Source: Deltaproteobacteria bacterium (GTDB lineage Bacteria; Myxococcota; Kuafuiibacteriia; Kuafuiibacteriales; Kuafuiibacteriaceae). From it: a stretch of 64,000 nt of DNA. The stretch's first letter is position 1. Every line of letters starts with the position of its first letter. Where the stretch lies: positions 134,508-198,507 of the forward strand of contig JAVJQW010000011.1 of the NCBI GenBank assembly GCA_040218735.1. The letters are read 5' to 3'. Below the pieces are notes generated by a model that saw only the letters and a list, made by a program, of their open reading frames with translations, searched no databases and had not been told where the DNA came from. Below are positions 56,955 through 64,000 of the stretch, one piece after another. The position numbers and the translations under genes are program-made.

Positions 56955-59330
56955 TTAGGACTTCGCCTTCGCCTCGCGGATCTGCGCCGCGGAGGCGAGG
57001 AGTGTGTCGTACGCGATCGTGTCGCCGCTGGTGTAGCGGCCGAAGCTCAGCACGCCGGTCGGACACATCTGCACGCACGCCGAACAGCGTACACACTCGG
57101 GGTCCTGCATCGGGAGCCCCTTGTTCGCAAAATTCATGATGTCGATGCCCTGGTGGCATACCGAGGTGCAGACGTTACAAGAGATGCACTTCTTCTTCTC
57201 GGGGAAGATCCGGAACTTCGTGAAGCGCGCGTAGATGTGCATCAGCGCCGCCAGCGGGCACGCGAAGCGGCACCACACCCGTCCGCTGAACCAGAAGTAG
57301 AAACCCACGCCGACGATGCCCGCGAGGAACAGATCCACCACGTGGTAGTAGTTGAGCTGCACGCCCGCGACCGACCACCCGGACAATAGGCCCTCGTAGA
57401 ACGTGCGCGCGGACCGCCCGAACGAAGAGTCCGGCATCCACCAGCTGATCGCACGCGCAGCGAACAGAACGAACGCCGCAAACAACACGACCTGCCCGAT
57501 CATGTTGAGGCGGTTCCACTTCGGGCCATGCGGCATCTTCGTGCGGTGGCGATCGCCGAGTGTCTCCGCGAGCGCGCCGCAGGAGCAGATCCACCCGCAG
57601 TACGCGCCCTTCCCCCAGCGCCGGATCATCAGCGGGATGATCACGAACGTCTGCACGCCGCCGATCACCAGCCACCACGTCATCGGCTCCGACGTGAAGA
57701 AGTTCCAGATGAACAATGGCCACGCGAGCACGAACCCGAACGCTCGCCAGTACTCGCGCCCGTGCGCGGACCACTGCGTCGCCGGGAACAGGTTGTCGGC
57801 GAACGTCTTGCCGAACCCGTCGTCGAACACCCCGTTGTGCCCGAGGTAGGGGAGGAGAATGTACGGCAGCAGGAACAGCGGAACGAGCTGCATCGCCATC
57901 AGCGTGAGTGTCTGCGTCTTCACATACGGCGTGCGCCGCCGCTTGATGCGGTCGATGCCGAACGCCACCACCGCGACCGAGTACGCAAGCGCGTAGTAGA
58001 AGCCGGGCTCGGTCGAGGTGATCGCAAACGTGCCGAACAACGTCTTGGGGTCCTTCGCCGCCTGGGAGATCGTCGACAAGAAGCCCTTCATCCCGAACGG
58101 GAACCACCCGTGGCTCGTGAAGTAGTCGTGGATGACGCCGCTGCCCGACTTCCAGTTGTAGACGAACACGCAGAACAGCATGAACGCCGCGAACGCCGCG
58201 ATGGACTTCGGCGTCCACTCGCCGCGGATCGGGATCTTGCTGCGGCGGAAGAAGTCGAGCGGCGCCTCGCGGCCGATCATCGCGAACACCACGTCGTTGG
58301 CGATCGTCTGCGCGTTGCCGTCGGCGTCTTGGATGCGCACGTCTTCGTCGCGCACCTCGAGGAGCTTGCTCGCCATCATCAGCTGGATGCCGCCGCGGTG
58401 CGTCCCGCCCGCGAGCCCGGCGCCCATCGCGGAGTTCACACGGTCGGAGACCGGGTTCTCGATGTCGACCTGCGCTTCCGGGTCGCGCCGGAACGTCTCG
58501 AGTTTTTCGATATTCTCCGGCTTGGGTCTGGAGAACTCAGGTTTTCGATAAGACAGCGTGACGTTCGCGCCGACCATCGCCAACGCGATCGCACTCTCCA
58601 ACGCAGAGTCACCGCCACCCACGATGAGTACGTTCTTGTCCGCGTACTCACGCGGGTCATAGAGCCGGTGATAGACCTTGTCCTTGTCCTGCCCGGGGAC
58701 GCCGAGGCGTCGGTAGTTACCACTGCGCCCGATACCGATGATAACCCGCTGCGCGCGCGTGACCTTCGCCTCGCCCTTACCACCGTGCACGACCTCGAGC
58801 ACGTCGCCCTTCTTCTCGACGCGATCGATGTGCGCCGCGACGGGCTCCACGCCCGCCTCCTCCTTCTGCCTCTCGAGCTCCGCGAGGAGGTCCTCTTTGA
58901 CGTCCGCCGTGAACTGCAGATCACCCGCCGGCGTCATGTCCGTCGGGTAGGTGAAGATCGGTTTGCCCTTCGGGAAGTTGACGATCGTGTTGAACGCCTC
59001 CGCGGCCTCGTAGACCACGAAGCTCAACCCCGCCTTCTTCGCCTCGACCGCCGCCGCGATCCCCGACACGCCCGCGCCGACGATCACGAGGTCCTTCACC
59101 CCCTTGCCGCCCTTCCCTTTCGAGAAGCCCGGCTCTTCGAGGATGGCCTGCACGGCGCGCGCGCCGGTGTGCGCGGAGAACTTCAGCAGCGGGATGCCGG
59201 TGAGATCGCCCACGATGCGCACGCCGGGCACCGCGGTCACGCCGTCCTCGCCGACCTCCGGCATCTTCTCCACGTGCCCCGCCGGCCAGCGGGTGTGGAG
59301 CCAGTGCATGTAACGCGCGAGGGGGTTCAT
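56955..59330 (-). CDS. Fusion protein. An N-terminal FAD/NAD(P)-binding pyridine-nucleotide-disulfide oxidoreductase-like domain is joined to a NapH/MauN/CcoG-type multi-TM polyferredoxin with two C-terminal 4Fe-4S motifs.
   Basis: Rossmann motifs VIVGAGVSGIAAAVEAKKAG and VLIVGGGDSALESAIALA. Membrane motifs YCGWICSCGALAE and WCRFACPLAALMH (CxxCxxxCP-type). Ferredoxin motifs CISCNVCTSVC and CVRCSACVQMCPTG. Confidence 0.7.
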   Translation of the reverse strand: MNPLARYMHWLHTRWPAGHVEKMPEVGEDGVTAVPGVRIVGDLTGIPLLKFSAHTGARAVQAILEEPGFSKGKGGKGVKDLVIVGAGVSGIAAAVEAKKAGLSFVVYEAAEAFNTIVNFPKGKPIFTYPTDMTPAGDLQFTADVKEDLLAELERQKEEAGVEPVAAHIDRVEKKGDVLEVVHGGKGEAKVTRAQRVIIGIGRSGNYRRLGVPGQDKDKVYHRLYDPREYADKNVLIVGGGDSALESAIALAMVGANVTLSYRKPEFSRPKPENIEKLETFRRDPEAQVDIENPVSDRVNSAMGAGLAGGTHRGGIQLMMASKLLEVRDEDVRIQDADGNAQTIANDVVFAMIGREAPLDFFRRSKIPIRGEWTPKSIAAFAAFMLFCVFVYNWKSGSGVIHDYFTSHGWFPFGMKGFLSTISQAAKDPKTLFGTFAITSTEPGFYYALAYSVAVVAFGIDRIKRRRTPYVKTQTLTLMAMQLVPLFLLPYILLPYLGHNGVFDDGFGKTFADNLFPATQWSAHGREYWRAFGFVLAWPLFIWNFFTSEPMTWWLVIGGVQTFVIIPLMIRRWGKGAYCGWICSCGALAETLGDRHRTKMPHGPKWNRLNMIGQVVLFAAFVLFAARAISWWMPDSSFGRSARTFYEGLLSGWSVAGVQLNYYHVVDLFLAGIVGVGFYFWFSGRVWCRFACPLAALMHIYARFTKFRIFPEKKKCISCNVCTSVCHQGIDIMNFANKGLPMQDPECVRCSACVQMCPTGVLSFGRYTSGDTIAYDTLLASAAQIREAKAKS
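57081..57133. repeat. Direct repeat copy B. The intact coding copy, encoding ...IMNFANKGLPMQDPECVRC of the flavo-ferredoxin.
   Basis: See copy A. Confidence 0.8.
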
Positions 59331-59383
59331 GGCGTACGCGGAGAGGTACCGCGACCCGGGTACGCCGTCGAGCGCCTACCAGA

Positions 59384-60010
59384 TCAGCGGTCGCCGCCGC
59401 GCGGGGTGAGCAGCTCGTCCTCGACGGACGTGCGCACCGTCTTGTCCCGCATCGAGACCACGCGGGGCTCCGGCTCCCGCACGTCGTCCGTGAGGTCCGA
59501 CGCGATGCCGGCGCGCGAGCGGTGACGGAGCAGCGAGTGCATCTGCGCCTCGCCGCTGCCCTCGCGCTCGCCCATCGCGTCGAGGAGCTTGCTGTGCGAC
59601 GAGATGATCGACCGGAGGCTCGCCTCGAACTGCGCCTTCTGGCGCCGCAGCTCGTCGATGTCCTCCATGATCCGCACGAGGCGTGTGTGGGCGTTCTGGA
59701 TGATCTGCTCCGCCTGCGACTCCGCCTGCGCGATGACGATCTCCGCCTCTTTGCGCGCGTTGTGTTTGATGTCCTCGGTGATCTGCGTCGCGGTGATCAT
59801 CGTCTCCTTGAGCGTGCGTTCACGCTCGCGGTGCTCGTGGATCTCCGCCTCCTTGCGCTTGAGGTCTTCGCGCAGGCCGTTGTTGTCACGCACCAGCCGC
59901 TCGACGTCGTTCGCGAGGACGTCCAGGAACGCGTCGACCTCGCGCGTGTCGAAGCCCCACAGCGTCGTCCGGAACTGCTGCTGCTGAATGTCCAGCGGGG
60001 TGAGCTTCAT
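59384..60010 (-). CDS. divIVA: DivIVA-domain protein.
   Basis: MKLTPLDIQQQQFRTTLWGFDTREVDAFLDVLANDVERL is the canonical DivIVA N-terminus, followed by a coiled coil. Confidence 0.8.
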   Translation of the reverse strand: MKLTPLDIQQQQFRTTLWGFDTREVDAFLDVLANDVERLVRDNNGLREDLKRKEAEIHEHRERERTLKETMITATQITEDIKHNARKEAEIVIAQAESQAEQIIQNAHTRLVRIMEDIDELRRQKAQFEASLRSIISSHSKLLDAMGEREGSGEAQMHSLLRHRSRAGIASDLTDDVREPEPRVVSMRDKTVRTSVEDELLTPRGGDR

Positions 60011-60061
60011 GGCGGCCAATGTAGCCGCGCGCGCCGGACCCCGCAAACTTCGTGCGCGCGG

Positions 60062-60724
60062 TCAGGTCTGACGCGCGCCGAACACCGCCGTCCCCACCCG
60101 CACGAGCGTCGCCCCCTCCTCGATCGCCGCCTCGAAGTCCGAGCTCATCCCCATCGAGAGCACCGGGAGGGGCGCCTGGACGCGGCCTTCCAGGTCCGCC
60201 GCCAACGCCCGTAACGCCGCGAACGCGGCCCGGGTCACCCCCCGCGGCGGGATGCACATCAGGCCCCTCGGGACCACGTTCGGGAGCGCCAGCGCGGCCC
60301 GGATCAGGGCTTCGGCCCCCGCCGGCGCGACCCCGGACTTGGCGTCCTCGCCCTCGGTGTTCACCTGGACGAGGACCTCCAGCGGGGCCCCCTCCCGGGC
60401 GTCCGAGAGGCGGCGCAGGAGCTTTTCGCTGTCGATGGTGTGAACGACGTCCGCCACCGCCGCGCGCTTCGCCTTGTTGGACTGCACGTTGCCGATCAGG
60501 TGCCACCGCGCGTCGTCCGGCAGGAGCGAACGTTTGCGCTCGAACTCCTGCACGAAGTTCTCCCCGAAGTCGCGCTGCCCGGCCGCGTACGCCGCCCTCA
60601 AGGACGCGTCCGGCTGGCGCTTGCTGACCGCGACGAGCGTGACCTCCGCCGCGTCCCGCCCCGCGCGCGCACACGCGTCGGCGATGCGCGCGTTCACCTC
60701 GGCGAGCGACGCCGCGACCGTCAC
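60062..60724 (-). CDS. yggS: YggS-family pyridoxal-phosphate homeostasis protein (alanine-racemase-N fold).
   Basis: VTLVAVSKRQP...WHLIGNVQSNKAK...LSMGMSSDFEAAIEEGATLVRVGTAVFG. Confidence 0.88.
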   Translation of the reverse strand: MTVAASLAEVNARIADACARAGRDAAEVTLVAVSKRQPDASLRAAYAAGQRDFGENFVQEFERKRSLLPDDARWHLIGNVQSNKAKRAAVADVVHTIDSEKLLRRLSDAREGAPLEVLVQVNTEGEDAKSGVAPAGAEALIRAALALPNVVPRGLMCIPPRGVTRAAFAALRALAADLEGRVQAPLPVLSMGMSSDFEAAIEEGATLVRVGTAVFGARQT

Positions 60725-61272
60725 ACCAACCCTCGCTTCGCGAGCAGCGCGAGGGTCTCCTCGAGCGGCAGCCCCACCACGTTCGTGTAGCTCCCGCGCA
60801 CTTCGGCGACGAGCGCGCCGCCCTCGCCCTGGATGCCGTAGGCGCCGGCCTTGTCCATCGGCTCGCCGGTCGCGACGTAGCGATCGATCTCCGCCGACGA
60901 CAGCACGCGAAACCGCACCGCGGTGGTGACCAAGAGCTCTTCGACCTGCCCGCCCACCGCGAGCACCACCGCCGTGTGGACCACGTGAGATTCGCCGGAG
61001 AGCTTCGCGAGCGTACGCTTCGCGTCGTCGATGTCCTCGGCCTTCCCGAGGATCGCGTCCCCCAGCGCAACCACGGTGTCGGCGGCGAGCACCGGCTGAG
61101 CGAGCCCGTGCGCGAGCGCCTTGTCGCGCGCGACGCGTAGCGCGTAGGCGTCCGGCGCTTCGCCCTCGCGGGGGGTCTCGTCGACGTCCGCCGGACGTAC
61201 CTCGATCGCCACGCCCGCCGCGGTGAGGAGGTGGCGACGACGCGGCGATGCGGAGGCGAGGACGAGGGTCAC
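60721..61272 (-). CDS. maf: Maf-family nucleoside-triphosphate pyrophosphatase (septum-formation protein Maf).
   Basis: GTG start gives VTLVLASASPRRRHLL. DTVVALGDAILGK. AGAYGIQG. Overlaps yggS by 4 nt. The Arg-rich upstream extension of the track ORF is rejected. Confidence 0.8.
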   Translation of the reverse strand: MTLVLASASPRRRHLLTAAGVAIEVRPADVDETPREGEAPDAYALRVARDKALAHGLAQPVLAADTVVALGDAILGKAEDIDDAKRTLAKLSGESHVVHTAVVLAVGGQVEELLVTTAVRFRVLSSAEIDRYVATGEPMDKAGAYGIQGEGGALVAEVRGSYTNVVGLPLEETLALLAKRGLV

Positions 61273-61365
61273 GCGTCCACGAAATCGCACCTTTTGTTCG
61301 TGCGCACCAGACGAGAATCCCGCGCGGGAGAACACAGCGAGGTTTCCTGCTACGTTCCCAGTCGC

Positions 61366-61719
61366 GTGAAGCGACTCGCGGTTCAGCTCGCCCTCCTCGT
61401 GGGGGTGCTCGGCGCCTGCGGCGAGCCTGCCGTGGACGACCTCGCGTGCCCCGCCGGCTACAAACAAGACGGTGGCGTCTGCTCCGACCCGTTCGAGATC
61501 TCGAAGACCCCGGCCGACGAGGACGCGTTGGTGTACACGTGTGTCTGCGAGTCGCTCTGCAACCGGCGCACGTTCGACGAGCAGACGTTGACGATGTGCT
61601 TCGAGCCTTCCATCGACGTCGCGGGGATCGCGTTCGACCGCTTCTGCGATCGCGGGGGCTGCCAGGGCAGCTTCAGCTGCACCTGTGAGTGCACGAGCGA
61701 GGGCGACCGATGCGACTGA
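61366..61719 (+). CDS. Small Cys-rich lipoprotein (117 aa).
   Basis: GTG start gives VKRLAVQLALLVGVLGACGEP. Twelve Cys. Confidence 0.5.
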   Translation: MKRLAVQLALLVGVLGACGEPAVDDLACPAGYKQDGGVCSDPFEISKTPADEDALVYTCVCESLCNRRTFDEQTLTMCFEPSIDVAGIAFDRFCDRGGCQGSFSCTCECTSEGDRCD

Positions 61720-62558
61720 GCACGCGCTTGACACGAGCGCTGATCGTCGGACTCGTCGCGGGCGCGTGGTCAGCCAGCCCGGCGAACGCGCAGGAGGAGC
61801 CGGGCGGCCCACGCATCCCCGAGCCGGGCGGCCCGCGCATCCCGGCGCCGCCTCCGTCGACCCCGGCCCCCGCACCGCCGCCGCCTTCCACGCCGACCAA
61901 GGCGCCCCCCGAGACGACGCCGCCCCAGGCCGAGTCGAAGGCGCCCACGTCGGCCGAGGCGACGGTCGAGCCCAAGACCGACTCGAAGCCCTTCCGAATC
62001 TACGCGGGCCTCGGGTCGCACTTCCCCGTCGCGCAACGCGGCGGCCTCCTCCCGGTCGACGAGATTGGCGGTGGCGTCGCGCTCGAGCTCGCCGGTGGAT
62101 GGCAGGCCACGGAGTCCATCCTGTTGGGGCTGCGCTTCGACCTCCTCTTCGCGTCGGCCCAAGGCGCCGGCTGGGCGAAGATCCTCCGCGCCGACGTCGG
62201 CGGCGGGCTCGGCCTCGACGTCGGTCCGACGCTGCAACTCACCTTTCACCCGTTCGAACACGCCACGCTTCGCGTCGGCGTCGACGGTTACCTCTCACGC
62301 GCGTCGACCAGCCAAGCCACGAGCGACGGCGTCCGCATCGGGACGCTCCGCGTCGCGCCCGGGGAAGAGATCGGCGTCGGGTACGGCGGCTGGTCGGCGG
62401 GCGGGACACTCGTCCTCGCGTACCGGGGCGTCACCGTCGACGTCCGCTACATCCGCACGCAGTGGGGCTCCGCGAGCATCGCGGGCCGCGAGCTCGACGC
62501 AAACGGGCTGTCGTCGGACCGCCTCAAGGTCGCGGCGGGATACACGCTGCATTTCTGA
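61710..62558 (+). CDS. Secreted beta-barrel-like protein with a Pro-rich N-terminal linker (OMP-like, C-terminal Phe).
   Basis: Signal MRLSTRLTRALIVGLVAGAWSASPANAQ. A tandem 24-bp repeat encodes EPGGPRIP twice. The C-terminus is ...AAGYTLHF. Confidence 0.55.
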   Translation: MRLSTRLTRALIVGLVAGAWSASPANAQEEPGGPRIPEPGGPRIPAPPPSTPAPAPPPPSTPTKAPPETTPPQAESKAPTSAEATVEPKTDSKPFRIYAGLGSHFPVAQRGGLLPVDEIGGGVALELAGGWQATESILLGLRFDLLFASAQGAGWAKILRADVGGGLGLDVGPTLQLTFHPFEHATLRVGVDGYLSRASTSQATSDGVRIGTLRVAPGEEIGVGYGGWSAGGTLVLAYRGVTVDVRYIRTQWGSASIAGRELDANGLSSDRLKVAAGYTLHF

Positions 62559-63057
62559 AGCAGCGGGCGCGCAGCGCCGTGCACGCTTCGACTTCCCATC
62601 GCTCTTCGGGCGCGACGAGCTGGCAGTTGAAGGCGTCGGACCAGCGCGCAATCTCCTCGACCTCCGCCTCCCAACACGCGACGACCTCGCCGACCGTCGC
62701 TTCGCACCCGCGATAACCGCCCGCGCAGCTGTCCGTCGGGCGATCGCAGGTCACCGTCGGGATCACGCCGACCTGTCGACGGCACTGATCGATCGGTTCC
62801 TGGCAGGTGTTCGCGGACGGTCCGAGCGCCCCACCCGGCCAGAACGGTACGAGCGGCCCGCCGACGCTCCAGTGACACTGGCGCGCGCGTGTGATCATCA
62901 GCTCCTGAAACTCGGCGTAGGCGCCACAGAGGTCGCGCTCGGCGTCGCTCTCGAGCGCGTCGATCAACGTTCCCGGCGCGAGTGCGTGCTCGATCTTCGG
63001 CGACGAACAGCCGCTGGCCAAGCACACCCCCACGACGAAGACGATTCGGGCCAACAC
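62524..63057 (-). CDS. Cys-rich lipoprotein, hypothetical.
   Basis: GTG start gives VLARIVFVVGVCLASGCSSP lipobox. Ten Cys. The Arg-rich upstream part of the track ORF is rejected. Confidence 0.5.
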   Translation of the reverse strand: MLARIVFVVGVCLASGCSSPKIEHALAPGTLIDALESDAERDLCGAYAEFQELMITRARQCHWSVGGPLVPFWPGGALGPSANTCQEPIDQCRRQVGVIPTVTCDRPTDSCAGGYRGCEATVGEVVACWEAEVEEIARWSDAFNCQLVAPEERWEVEACTALRARCFRNAACIPPRP

Positions 63058-63126
63058 GCGCGCGAGCTTAACAACAGCTCCACGAATTTGCTCGCCCGCT
63101 CCGATGCGAAGTGCTAGCGCGATCCC

Positions 63127-63945
63127 ATGCCGCTGAAGGACAAGACGATCGCAGTCATCGGGGTCGGGAACATGGGCGGCGCGCTGCTCGGCGGGCTCAT
63201 CGACAGCGGCGCGGTCGAGAAGGACCGCGTCGTCGTGCACAACCGGCGCGACGACAAGACCCAGGACATTGCGAAGCGCTTCGGCGTCCGCGGCGCCGCG
63301 ACCAACGCCGAAGCCGTCGAGGGGGCGGACATCGTGCTCGTCGCGGTGAAGCCGCAGATCTTCGAGAAGGTGCTCGGCGAGATCCGCGACGCCCTCTCGC
63401 CCGACGCGCTGGTGCTCTCCGTCGCCGCCGGCATCACCACCGCGAAGATGGAGGCGGTCCTCGGCGAAAAGGCGCGCGTCGTCCGCGCGATGCCGAACAC
63501 CCCGTCGCTGATCAAAGAAGGCGCAAGCGCGATCGCCCCCGGCACCAACGCAACCGCCGAGGACGTCGAGGTCGCCCGCGCGATCCTGTCCGAGGTGAGT
63601 CGCGTCGTCGTCGTCGACGAGATCCACCTCGACGCGGTCACGGGCCTCTCCGGCAGCGGCCCGGCGTACATCTTCCTGATCATCGAGGCGTTCGCAGACG
63701 CAGGCGTGAAGGTCGGCCTGTCACGCGAGATCGCGCAGGACCTCGCGGTGCAGACCATCCAGGGCGCCGCGCGCCTGCTCCAGCAGACCGGCGAGCACCC
63801 GGGCCGCCTCAAGGACATGGTGACCTCCCCGGGCGGCACCGCGATCGCAGGCCTGCACACGCTGGAGGCGGGCGGCCTGCGCACGACGATCATCAACGCG
63901 GTGGAGGCCGCGACGAACCGGGCGCGGGAGCTCGGGCAGAGCTGA
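63127..63945 (+). CDS. proC: Pyrroline-5-carboxylate reductase.
   Basis: IAVIGVGNMGGALLGGL...VLVAVKPQ...MPNTPSLIKEGASAIAPG...SGSGPAY. Confidence 0.93.
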   Translation: MPLKDKTIAVIGVGNMGGALLGGLIDSGAVEKDRVVVHNRRDDKTQDIAKRFGVRGAATNAEAVEGADIVLVAVKPQIFEKVLGEIRDALSPDALVLSVAAGITTAKMEAVLGEKARVVRAMPNTPSLIKEGASAIAPGTNATAEDVEVARAILSEVSRVVVVDEIHLDAVTGLSGSGPAYIFLIIEAFADAGVKVGLSREIAQDLAVQTIQGAARLLQQTGEHPGRLKDMVTSPGGTAIAGLHTLEAGGLRTTIINAVEAATNRARELGQS

Positions 63946-64000
63946 TCCGCTCGGTCCTGCGAAACAACCTAAAGAAGCTCCCCGGGCCGAGCGGCTCCTC

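Noticed and set aside
61797-61844. 24-bp tandem duplication (gagccgggcggcccacgcatcccc x2).
   Set aside because: It is in-frame coding repeat (EPGGPRIP x2) within the Pro-rich linker of the beta-barrel protein, not an independent element. It is noted in the features.

Overview
This is a high-GC (~70%) bacterial chromosomal segment with dense coding on both strands. The gene content points to Myxococcota: DUF4388/PATAN-like domains, a PEGA-domain Ser/Thr kinase, an FHA protein, TSP3-OmpA, many Cys-rich lipoproteins, and widespread 4-nt ATGA/TGATG gene overlaps. The conserved housekeeping blocks I can support are:
- purF.
- rpsP-KH-rimM-trmD-rplS.
- rseP, lolC/E-like, mscL.
- cca, holA, mreB.
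- gap-pgk-tpiA-secG-tRNA-Leu(GAG).
- pruA, proC.
- divIVA-yggS-maf.
- fpg/nei.
- A second tRNA-Leu(UAA), previously unflagged, at 2442-2525.

The most interesting accessory content is:
- A translationally coupled four-gene operon, a PEGA Ser/Thr kinase -> 2-TM periplasmic protein -> type-1 copper cupredoxin -> cytochrome c, bracketed by FHA-DUF4388 and TPR-DUF4388 genes. This looks like a candidate periplasmic redox-sensing phospho-signalling module.
- A second periplasmic redox operon (OM beta-barrel, diheme cytochrome c peroxidase, paralogous cytochrome c).
- A flavoprotein fused to a NapH/CcoG-type membrane polyferredoxin.
- A catalytically degenerate, membrane-anchored SMC/SbcC-like protein.
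- A GDSL lipase coupled to a helical foldase-like ORF.
- An MscL-zinc-ribbon fusion.
- A TrmD with a 150-aa tail.
- A ~52-bp direct repeat that duplicates the 3' end of the flavo-ferredoxin gene into the promoter region of a small lipoprotein gene.
- A novel ~25-aa tandem-repeat secreted protein.

I found no CRISPR arrays, transposases, integrases or rRNA. Many long Arg-rich shadow ORFs in the track are GC artefacts, and I rejected them.
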